This document shows positions 1-11,586 of a stretch of 64,000 nt of DNA, piece after piece. The translations under genes and the position numbers were made by a program. This DNA is from Octopus vulgaris (Eukaryota): positions 88,536,001 through 88,600,000 of the forward strand of contig OX597825.1 of assembly GCA_951406725.2 (NCBI GenBank). The letters run 5' to 3'. Numbering within the stretch: position 1 is the first letter of the stretch; each line of letters opens with the position of its first letter. Below the pieces are notes generated by a model that saw only the letters and a list, made by a program, of their open reading frames with translations, was not told the origin of the DNA and made no database searches.

Positions 1-329
1 CCATCGTGCTCTTTCATCAGTAAATTACTTTTTCTACTAATATTTTTCCAAAATAACGGTCACTTTCCATAACGCAGAAAATTAAACCAAAACACAAACA
101 TATTCTAACCGCTTAATTTTCTACATATTCATTAACAAAATAATTCAGTTCCAGATTTAGATGAACACGAAAGAAATGTTGCATTAAAAATAGTTATTGC
201 TCGCTGTTCGTTATTTTCAACAAATAACGACCACTAAAAGAGGAATCAAAGAACTCGATTCTTCCTTATTAATAAAATCAGACAAACAAGTATGACGAAT
301 TTTCGTACAGTTACACATTCACAGATGCA

Positions 330-331
<2 letters not shown>

Positions 332-380
<49 letters not shown>

Positions 381-414
381 CATACATACATACATACATA
401 CATACATACATACA
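332..414. repeat. (TA)n-(TACA)n microsatellite
   Basis: Seen directly; explains the YIYI/YVCM ORF 246..539. Confidence 0.95.
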
Positions 415-1231
415 TTAACGCAAATAAATATACACACGCGTGCATGATCACACACACACAAACAATTCCTGTATGCATTTATACTGGCAGAGATGGATAT
501 ATCGTAACGTTCCTGAATACTTCTTTCTCTTTCAAGCATGCTATATTTAAGAGATAATAAGTTTGACCTTCTTTTTGTTATTGAAAATGATTAATGTTTT
601 CTCATTGGTTCATTAAGTTTTAAAGACGTGGCCAGAAAGATCTTAGAATCTCCATCGTTATTTTACCAAACTAAATAATAACAATGAAGTGAAAATCAAA
701 CATAAAAAGCGGATGGCCGACGATTAAGTGGTTCTGTCATAAAATTAAAAAAAAACATGAAAAAAAAACATATTCTGAGACGAATATAACAGATATAGCT
801 CATATTTAATGCACACATCGTATAAAAGAAAAAATATAACTTGACAATATTTAAATGAATCACAGAAAGTACTTTAAGTACCAATATAAAATATAATTGC
901 AATAAGAAATGAATCATTTTGCTACATCGATCATATGGTTATAATATAATTGTGATAATCGTGCATTAGAACCCAAAGCCAACCGATCTAAAATAAACCA
1001 TTCTGTCAGTATTTCATTGTGAGAGAAAGTTCAAATAGCTATGAATTACTAATATGTTAATTAACTAATTTATTTATTTAATTGATTTAGGAGACTAATA
1101 TCAAACATACAGAGAGTGACAAAGAAAAATGGAAAATATTTTGGAAAAAAATTATAACCCTTTGCGTAATGAAGTATGTTTGACGCATAAACTCCTCTCG
1201 GCAGATTTGTACATATATTAACACATACAAC

Positions 1232-1440
1232 ATGGCGGAATCGTTAGCTCACTTACAAAATGCTTGGCGGCATTTCGTCCGTCCTTTCGTTCTAAGTTCA
1301 TATTCCTCCGCGGTCGACTTTGCCTTTCATCCTTTCGAGGTCGATAAAATAAGTACCCGTTGAACTCTTGTGTGCGATGTAATCGACTTAGTCCTACCCG
1401 TGAAATTGATGGCTATGTGCTAGAATATGAAATCAATATC
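1232..1440 (+). mobile_element. tRNA-derived SINE family A (octopus OK-like), decayed
   Basis: Head GGCGGAATCGTTAGC and central GGTCGACTTTGCCTTTCATCCTTTCGAGGTCGATAAAATAAGTACC are shared with copies at 8295, 17680 and 18150. Family name from recall. Confidence 0.8.
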
Positions 1441-1487
1441 AATAATGCAGACCCACACACACATGCATAAGAGAGAGAGACTAAACA

Positions 1488-1534
<47 letters not shown>

Positions 1535-2074
1535 CATACATACATACACTCTTTGAGTAAAGATTATTCTCAAGAAAATCCAGCAAACGCCGGAACGTAG
1601 GCGAGCAAGACAAATGAAAAGATACAAACTATAAAGATTAATCACAAACCAGATTTCATTGTTACCACATACGTAATACTTACCTAAATGTCTGCAATTC
1701 ATCAGTGTGATTCTCAGAACAAAATATAACATGCAGAACTATAAACGGGACGTCCGCATGGGAGTGAATATTGAGCATTGAACGTAAGTATTACGTAAGT
1801 GGTAACAATGAAACCGGATTTGTGTTTAATCTTTATATTTTGTATCTCTTCATTTGTCTCGCACGCCTATGTTCTGGCGTTTGCTGAATTTTCTTGAGAA
1901 CAATATTTTCTTAGTGGTCAGACAATATGGAGTCTACTTCTAGCATAATGGATCTCCACTTAGTGGTCATCCGACTTATATGTATGTAATATAATTTTTC
2001 TGAATCTTCAGATTTTTCAATAGGCCACTGGCCTTAAATTGATATTAACCAAATTAATATTCAATTTTCACCTT

Positions 2075-2199
<125 letters not shown>

Positions 2200-2200
<1 letters not shown>

Positions 2201-2360
2201 GCGAAGTGTTACTTTCAGTATCCGCCAACGAAATCCACTCATAAGTCCTTGGTCAGCGTAAGGCTAAAGTAGATGGCAACTCTTGCTAAAGGTGCCACTC
2301 AGTGGGACTGAACCCAAATCTAAGTGGCTTTGAAGCAAGCTCCTTACTACATAGTCATCC
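2200..2360 (-). mobile_element. SINE family B 5' half, decayed
   Basis: AAATCCACTCA...GGTGCCACTCAGTGGGACTGAACCC is the reverse complement of the head of the 16011 copy. Confidence 0.7.
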
Positions 2361-2399
2361 ATCTCCCCACTTCGTAAAAACCAGTCGCGTTTTTTTCCC

Positions 2400-2575
2400 T
2401 ACGTTTTCCCACCTCGGGATCTTTCTTTTTCTTCTCTTATGTTTCCGACGAAGAGCTCCGCTCGAAACGTCATACCCTCCTTCTTTCCTTTTTCCTGAGC
2501 GCCTAATAATAATACTTTAATTGTTCCACCTCCTTGTGTTGTTATTTTGTCTATTTTCCCGTTTGGATTAACCTT
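2400..2575 (+). mobile_element. short repeat with hammerhead-like motif (Penelope-like terminus), family H
   Basis: CCGACGA-A-GAGC-TCC-GCTC-GAAA-CGTC at 2445-2471, then CCTGAGCG...TAATAC...; similar to 40550-40705 and 51590-51745. Confidence 0.55.
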
Positions 2576-2866
<291 letters not shown>

Positions 2867-4811
2867 AATCATATTTGGAAAAGGAGGCGTGGGATTCGAT
2901 TATATAATAATATATAAATATATAAATATATGCATATATACATACATATAAGTACATACCTACATATATATGTATATCTGTATATATACATGCATTGATG
3001 GGTAACAGAAAACAAAAAAAAAAACGTTGAACACAATGCGAAACGAAAACATAAAAACAAAAACATGGAAAACAAACTTTATTTTCGAACAACGAAAAAA
3101 ACAGAGAAACACGACATGCAACATAAAGAATGTTCCCCTTCATCAGTTGCCAGGCAAAGAAGTACAGAAATTATAAACACATTCAAAGCTGCCTCTCGCC
3201 TTTAGCTTTAAATAGAAAACGACAAACTCCACCTAACATTCGATTTTGTTTCTTTTCAAAGACTATGTTTTGGTCGTCATCGTATATAAGTGTATTGCCA
3301 ACCATTACATGTTGGCGATGGCTGAAAGGAAACCAGGCTGGAGTGCATACCGATTAAGATGGGATGGGCTGTGGAGGGTGTACGGCTGGAGCCTAAGATC
3401 TCAGAGAGGAGGAGGAAAGAGTGTGATGCCAAAGGCACTCCACTCTCAGCTGCTGGTTCCATTGTGTGTGTGTGTGCATGTTTGTGCGCGTGGAACGTGT
3501 GAGGTGTGTATTGCTTATATAATTTTCGTTGCTGTTATGTCTAATTAGAACTTCGTTAAATAATTAAAGTACTTTAAGTCCAAATATATCCCAAATTACG
3601 GATATGGAAGGACATTTACTTTCATAATTTTCCTGCTATGTTCAGTACAGACTGCGATATTTTGGAAGCACTGGAAATAGACTATATTAATCACAAGTTT
3701 AACCGGAACACGTGACACAATCGATAACAGTCTATTAATTCGGGTTTAAATCCATACTCGAAGACATCGGTGGTTATGAAAGTATATCAATTTTCAAGTC
3801 GAAAATTATAGAACTTTGAAGATTGTGATGTCAATGAATGTCTCTATAATCTGAAGCATACTTGAGAAAGAAAAGTATCATGAATTCGTGACATATGACT
3901 TTTTCTCAATTTATATTCTTTAATCTGCAATATTTTCATTTTCAGAGTTATAAAAGTTGTCTTTTTTATGTAGAAGTGAGTCAAGAAGCATTCTGCGCCC
4001 ACGACCATTGAAAATATCGACTAGCAAATGTTTGTTTGTGCGGTTGTATAGTATTACCTACTTCTAAACCGTGGAAGGTAGATAGTCGTCGATTAGTGTA
4101 TTTATTCGCCAAATTAATCCGTTATAATTACTGCTGGATTCAGGATACGAAACATAGTATGCACGACAATTTGAGGAAAGGCGGATTCGAGAAGGGGTAA
4201 TGGCTAGACATGGTATATTACGTTGTATTTCTAAGAGTAATTAATATAGGTAACACTGTTAGATGAAGTAGATATAAATAGCTGTCTAGTAGCACAAGAT
4301 ATGTAAAGTTGTGGTGAGAAAAGGTTTAGTCTGAACCTAAACCAGTACATCATTGCAGGGGCGTTAAATTATGTGAATTTATATAGGCCACAGTCATAAA
4401 CTAGTATCAGAGACAGCGTGCAATCCCCGCCCATACCATCTAATTAATTGGCTGGTATCTTGTTACAACATCTGCCAGCGGTCTCATTAATGTTTCGTGT
4501 ATAATAGTTTAATTAATGCTTTGCTTTTTTTTAACTCATCGCAGCAGAAAATGGTGTTGTATGAATATTTCTATGAACTGCCAAACAGGTTCTTGGAATA
4601 CAATTTTAGTTAATATAGAAAGGCTAATAATTGTTACGCCAAGGGAATACTATGTACGCTTTGAAGTAATTTAAAATTTCCAGATAGAAATTTAGATAAA
4701 TATTTAATTTATAACTGAAATGTGCCTATAATCCTATAACTCGAACCGAATAGCCGAAATTTTAATATTTTGCTTTTAAATCCAAGAAGTATATTCGTAA
4801 TAGAAAATATA

Positions 4812-5691
4812 GGATCTTTGTCTTTTCAACGGCAGTTTTCAACACAATGTTTAGTTAACTAAACACTTTTAAACTTCGTATACTGGTAGAATGTGTTTAT
4901 AAAACATCATTTTTTCTTGGCTTTATTGAGAAAATTCTATAGTTTGTAACATATTTCCACTTTAAAATCGAGTATTTCGGCAATTTTAACCAATCAAATA
5001 CGTCCATTTGGAGTCAAAACATACCCTGCTGTATGAATATGTCCTCGTTTAAGAAACAGATTGGGTTTATTTACATTTGCGAAGAAAAAAAGATACCCTT
5101 CCCGCACCCCTAGCCCTAAACCTAACCCTAACCCTAACCCCAACTCTAACCTTAACCCTAACTCTAACTAAACCTAACCCTAAAATAGATTGAAATGCAA
5201 AGATCGATACTAGGGTTATAATTATGGGTGACATTTTGATTTGACACCGCTAGAAAAAAATCCCATTTTCTGTAGCGGTGTCGTATGAAATTGTCACCCA
5301 TAATTATAACCCTAGTATCGATCTTTGCATTTCAATATATTTTAGGGTTAGATTTAGAATTATGGTTAGGATTAGGTTTAGGGTTAGGGTTAGGGGTGGG
5401 GGAAGGGTATCTTTTTTTCTTCGCAAATGTAAATAAACCCAATCTGTTTCTTAAACAAGCGACATATTCATACAGCACGGTATGTTTTGACTCCAAATGG
5501 ACGTATTTGATTGGTTAAAATTGCCGAAATGCTCGATTTTAAAGTGGAAATATGTTACAAACTATAGAATTTTCTCAATAAAGCCAAGAAAAAATGATGT
5601 TTTATAAACACATTCTACCAGTATACGAAATTTAAAAGGGTTTAGTTAACTAGAAATTGTGTTGACATATGCCGTTCAAAAGGAAAGATCC
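4812..5691. mobile_element. foldback/MITE DNA transposon, nearly fully palindromic, with telomeric repeats in the arms
   Basis: Termini GGATC...GATCC. 8-bp TSD AAAATATA at 4804-4811 and 5692-5699. Arms about 440 bp, centre about 5260. (CCCTAA)n-like tract at about 5108-5183 and (TTAGGG)n-like at about 5342-5396. Confidence 0.92.
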
Positions 5692-6175
5692 AAAATATAT
5701 CTTAATGCAAAGATAAAACATTCACACCATTTGTTTGTAACCAGCATAATCTCATGAAATATAGAGTTGTTAAATTCTTCAAATTATTCCAAAACGAAAC
5801 ACTTAATAAATTAAAACTTGCATTTAAATAATTTCATTCATATATTCAATAATAATATTTGTGTATGTTTGCGCATGTACATACGATTTTGTCGTGACCC
5901 ACTTTATAAGTTAAAAACTTTTTGGAGAAATAAATCAGAGACAGGAGGCATCAAAGTTTGAGTAAGAAAAAGTGTAATAGGGTACAGATATGGCGATATA
6001 AGAGACTTGTCTCCCAAGCGTCTAGCAAGAGACCGATTTAATCTTATTTAGACTTCACTGATATTTAACACATGACTAAACCTGGTGACTATCGGTAAAT
6101 CCTAAACAGAACGTATCCAAATCAATAAACAGCTGGCCAGAATCTTCCTTTGAACTTAATCAAATAACATTTTAC

Positions 6176-6216
<41 letters not shown>

Positions 6217-6295
6217 TATGTATGTAGGTGTATATATGTATATATATATAGATATGTATGTATATGTGTACATATAAGTATATATGTATATGGGT

Positions 6296-8062
6296 GGACA
6301 GCAATAATGACAGGTAAAAATGGCCCACACTATTTGCAAAAGAAGCAGAATAAAGTTCGCCTAATATAAAAACTGGTTTTGAATAAAATTTACTTTCTTA
6401 TTTTATACCTGTATAACCTCCATTTCTTAATATAGATATTTAGACCTGGAAACACCGTTTTATATCAACCTTTAAAACCCGAATTTAATAACTAGAATCT
6501 TATGTTGTGACCAAGTCCACGAAACACTTGATCACGCTTTTCCCTTCCCCTAGTGTAGTCTTTGCATTAATTCTTTATTCTTTGTTGTAGATCAACATTT
6601 ACTTTGTTTGTTTTCTTCCTGGGTGGCACCCCTATTGAGTCCTTCGCTATCACTGCACTCACAACAGCCTCTTCCTTCTGAATCGTTCTTATAAGTTTCA
6701 AGATAGATGGGGACTGGTAGCCAACAACATGATAAAAGTTGTTCCAGCCATCACATAGGTGGTTGGTTCTTGGACAGTCATTAATGGTAGCTTGATGTAC
6801 GTTCCAAAGTTCTTGCTGGAATGCTTGGCTAGGAGATCCGTATTCTTATCTGAAGATATGTACTAGAAACATAGATTTCATCGACGTAGTCTGGCAGGGG
6901 AGCAGCGTCAACAGGGCATTTGGCCTTGATTAACTGCATTTCCGCTGGACCAGCTTCAGTTGGTATAAATGACAATCAGTCAATCTGTCCACAGATTTGA
7001 CGTAAGTCCTCACTCTCTTTGCAGTGGTTGGTGAGGTCAAGGTCCTCTATTTTTTTCCGGGTACTCTGTGTCAGGTAGTAGAAACAACCTTGTATGCGTG
7101 TTTCCGGTTCCAAAACATTGTTGATAGCTTGCATGATCCCCTGCTCAAACTCAACAATTATGGTTGTTGGCTCCTGGTAGAGCTCAGTCACGTGGCCACG
7201 ATCCATGACTGCTTGCAGCAGGATTTCATATTCATCTCGTGTTCTGGCCTGCAAACAAGCAACAACAGTAGAAACTACGTAATACTGCAAAGCTGTAGAA
7301 ATCCTAGTGGAGCCATTGCATAGTGGCCATCCATCAGCCGAAGCAGGCAAACGCAGTGATTCACCAGGACCAAACACAATGATGTCGCTTCTAGATTCTC
7401 GTCCATTATTGAAAAGCAAAAGTAGTTTGCGCTTTGGTGGTGCAGTAGTTGTCCATTCTCCAGTTAGTTTCAGATCCTCGAGTATTTCTGGTACTTGTCG
7501 ATAGAGTTTTACCTTTGGTTACGCAAAGTTCTCTTTGTGATGTCCTCACTTGGAAGTAACGTCTTTCTTTAAGCTGATATGTCATTCAGGTTATTGCTGT
7601 AAATCTGGCTGAGTTTATCTTGTTTCTGCTGCTTGTCTCTTCATGTTCATGATGCATTTCGTGGTTGAAATATCTGCAGAATCAGGTGCGTGGTTGTGGT
7701 CATTCATTAGCTGGACAAGAACAGTCGTATCAAGGCTGGTGGACATCTCCATCTGAAAGTAGTTGATCTAAAAATCTGTTTTATATACATGTAGCCATAG
7801 AAGCAGATATCTTTTCCTTTATATTACTCGCTATGCCTTCCATGATGTTGTGATAGAACCACTGACATAAATAGCAATCAGAGTTACTGCTTTCGTATTT
7901 ATTTTGGTAAGGACTCATTGGGATAGCTTGATATACGTTCCAGAGTTCACCAAGCTGTCCCAATGTACGTTCCAAACTTTTCGAGGTAATCTTGCATATT
8001 GTGCCATTTTTACCCATCTTTTCATTTGTGACATTTGCACCTGTGCCATTTTACCTAATTCC
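6296..8062 (-). mobile_element. Mutator-like (MULE) DNA transposon, decayed
   Basis: Subterminal inverted motifs AGGTAAAAATGGC (about 6312) and GCCATTTT(T)ACC (about 8003, about 8045). Flanked by direct repeat ATGTAT[A/G]TGGGTGGA at 6284 and 8063. Contains a transposase relic. Confidence 0.7.
6640..7760 (-). pseudogene. MULE transposase pseudogene
   Basis: ORF 6976..7419 has IIVEFEQGIMQAINNVLEPETRIQGCFYYLTQS (MULE DFE...GCxFH-like). Other frames give PRTNHLCDGWNNF...PSILKLI (TNNxxEGW-like) and an N-terminal NDHNHAPD. Frameshifts and stops present. Confidence 0.8.
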
Positions 8063-8294
8063 ATGTATGTGGGTGGATGTCTGTATGTGTGTGTGCACGC
8101 GCGTGCTTTTAAGTGCGCGTGTATGTGTACGACGAAATTTCTTCACTTTCCGTTTACCAAATCTATTTAATTAGGATTTGATCGACCTGGTAAGTACGCA
8201 AATTGCAGCAAAGACGGACGGAAACGAAATTGGTAGCCAGCGTTTGAAATTCATAATGCATGGAGATTAGGTTTGTCTCAATATTTACATGCTA

Positions 8295-8528
8295 TAAGGC
8301 TGTCAAATGGCAGAATCGTTAGCACGCTGGGCGAAATGCTTAGCGCTAATTCTTTTGCTGCTACGTTCTGAGTTCAAATTCCGCCGAGGTCTATTTTGCC
8401 TTTCATCCTTTCGGGGTCGATTAAATAAGTACCAGTTACGCACTTGGGTCGATATAATTGACTTAATCCGTTTGTCTGTCCTTGTTTGTCACCTCTATGT
8501 TTAGCCTCTTGTGGGCAATAAAGAAATA
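8295..8528 (+). mobile_element. SINE family A, full length with TSD
   Basis: A-box-like TGGCAGAATCG, B-box GAGTTCAAATTCC and conserved central domain. About 15-bp TSD AATATTTA[C/T]ATGCTA at 8280 and 8529. Confidence 0.88.
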
Positions 8529-8715
8529 AATATTTATATGCTAGCAATGTATTATTAATAGATTTATCTACTTCGGCTTCTACTTCTACCGTTAAAATAC
8601 GATTTCATATGTGCATATGTGTGTGCATGTGTGTGTGTGTGACTGTGTGACTGTCTGTCAGCATGCAGTGGTATGTGAATGTGTATGCGCTTGATGGAGA
8701 GAGAGAGAGAGAGAG

Positions 8716-8746
<31 letters not shown>

Positions 8747-9400
8747 TTAGATATGTATGCATATGTAAGTTGCTTGGAACTTCGATTTTGTTTGAAATTT
8801 CCATGTTCATCAGAGTCTCAACAACTGTAAGAACTTCTTAAAATGTTTCCGGGACCGACTTTTGAAAACGAACCTCGATGTTTTTAGACCTTGCAATATT
8901 AGAACGTAAATAATCGATGCAACTCTTTCCCGAAAGAGACGAAACGATAACATTTCATCGCACACATAAACACTTACATATACCACTCTGATACATAATA
9001 GTATATATACTCACATACACGCACATATGCACCCAGCCAATCGATGCACAAAATGTTATCAATATAAAATGTTTCATACATTTAGACAATCTGGAAAACA
9101 TCTACCATATAAACAGTAATTGAAAATCATTTAACGAAAAGTACTTCGGGTTTCAAATTTCGCAGCACAACCATTTAGATTCATAATTATATAAAGAAAA
9201 CAATCGTTATCAACAGACATATCTAATATGTAAAAGGCGACACAAACTACTGAAATAACGTTTGAAACTATTTATAGAATTTACCTCCAACATCTTGATA
9301 TGAAAGGAAGAAGTATATATGGTATCTAATTTGTCTGTGATAATATGAAGCAAAAATGGCAACAGACAGGTTTCAAACATTACAACAGTTCAAATGTACA

Positions 9401-9455
<55 letters not shown>

Positions 9456-9769
9456 GTCATCATCATTAGCTAGTGACAACTGACGGTGTATTGCCATTCA
9501 TCTTCACGGGGACTATAGTCTCTCTCTTTCTATTTTCTTTCTGTCTCTTTCTCTCTCCATATATATGCATACATATTCACATAATACATACATATATAAA
9601 CACACACATATATATACACAAATACATACACATACATATAAATATATTCATACATGCATTAGCAAAATCCTCCTGTAACGGGACACAATATCGTTGCCAC
9701 CTCTGCTTTGATTCATTATTTTGCATACATATGAGTGTACGTTTGTGTGTGAATGTTGATATATAAAAA

Positions 9770-10250
9770 CGACGAATGCTCATGCAGGGATAAATCACAA
9801 TGTCCTTTGATGGATCTCTGTATGTGTACAAATCTTGTATATAAGTGGCCCGTGCACACAAGGGGAGGGCCCTGCGTTTGCATTGGGCAGACGGCTGATT
9901 CATTTAAGAATCGTTATCGTAATCATGTCACCAGCTTTAGGTCAATCAATAAGAAACATTCGACTCCTTTGGCAGATTTTATATGGCGACTGAAGGAGGC
10001 TAATACGAAATAATACGTCACTTAGACATGCAAAACCATACAGTGCAATTTCCAGGAGATGCCGTCTCTGCTCCGAAGAATCCCTGTCTATTCTGTGGAC
10101 TAACGAAAAGATTCTTAATAGAATTTCCGAAAGACTATCGAGATGCCTACACGCATATAAATGTACTTTCGCACAATGCAGTGAGAATGAATTTTGAGCA
10201 ACCGTTAATTTTACATATCTGTAATTTTAAGGTATGCATGACTTAAATTT
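9770..10250 (+). pseudogene. Penelope-like element GIY-YIG endonuclease relic
   Basis: CSCRDKSQCPLMDLC...LVYK...CIGQTADSFKNRYRNHVTSF...LADFIWRLKE, then AKPY...RRCRLCSEE after a frameshift; typical PLE endonuclease C-terminus. Confidence 0.85.
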
Positions 10251-10586
10251 AATTTAAACTTCCCCGTTCACCTAAACACCTACTCAATATCTAACTCGCT
10301 TTGTAATTACGAGTGCACCTAACCTCGCGTGTGCGTGTACGCACATTTTGCTATATATATAACAGAATGAGATAAAGATCCAAGGCTATAAAGATTTCAG
10401 AACATTTATATAAACAGAAGTTCTTACAGCTATTTCCGGGATATTTTATATATCCCTTCATCGTAGACGGCGTGAGAAAATGGTTAAGCAATAAATATGC
10501 TATATAAGATATGAAATAGAGAGTGAAGTGGAGGAATGAAAACAGACGGGAAATATGCAGGGTATTATATCTCCATTCCATTAATT

Positions 10587-10639
<53 letters not shown>

Positions 10640-10669
10640 TTATACGAGTGAAAGGTCGAAAGAAAGAAC

Positions 10670-11586
10670 GACGCACCCAAGACTTTTAGTAGGTCGATAC
10701 TATTATGTTTTAAACAATGTTCAGACTTTGTTTAATATTCAAACGCAAATGGGAAGAGTATATACTTGATGAAACGGAACGGGAAAAGATATTTTTACTA
10801 CCAATAAAGACAACAACAGATAGCAAGTTATGATGGTTCCAGTTTAGAATTATACACAATATTTTACCTACTAATTCTCTATTGTTCAAGATTAAACTGG
10901 CCGAAAGCAACCTGTGCACTTTTTGTGAACGTGAGGTGGAGACGGTGTCACATACTTTCTGGTATTGTGAATATGTACAAGTCTTCTGGCAATGCTTCTT
11001 AGATTTGCTGAATAGAAAGTGCATACATGTTCGCAACATGAAACTTGACCCACAGCTCATTATATTCGGATTGAGAAAAAACACACATACTGATGGCATC
11101 TTTTGCTAATATTATTAGCAAAATATTTTATATACAAGAGCAAAGAGGCAAAAAACACTGTCAGCTTCAAAATGTTTAGAAACTTTGTGCACGACAGATA
11201 TCTAATTGAAATAAAAATAACAGATCATACAATGAAAGCAAGCAAGATGAATTTTATAAAACACGGAGGCTCTACTTTGAGTTTGTAAACACATGGCAGT
11301 CCTCTAGTGTAATTTCTTGTAGAACTGTATTCAGATTCTATAAGTGATTGACGATTGAGTTTGTAGTCTATTTTCTTTTCTTCTATTTATTTATTCTTTA
11401 TTCATCCTGTTCCCCTCTATTCTCTTTTTTGTTTTTTTACTGTATTAGTAATTTTCTTTCGTCCTCTTAAAAAAGCGGTCCTGTTCTCCGTTAGTTCTAT
11501 ACAAAACTTCATGGTCCCCTGGCCGTGCTGTTTCATATTATAACAGGAAAAACTGGAAATAAAAAGTTAATTTAGAAAAAAAAAAA
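10670..11586 (+). mobile_element. L1/Tx1-clade LINE 3' end (zf-RVT region, 3' UTR, polyA)
   Basis: WFQFRIIHNILPTNSLLFKIKLAESNLCTFCEREVETVSHTFWYCEYVQVFW is a CxxC..H...C zf-RVT motif. AATAAA followed by an A-tail at about 11558-11586. Confidence 0.85.

Noticed and set aside
5108-5396. True telomere or chromosome-fusion scar
   Set aside because: Tracts are short, degenerate and inside a TSD-flanked element; polarity CCCTAA...TTAGGG is opposite to an end-to-end fusion.
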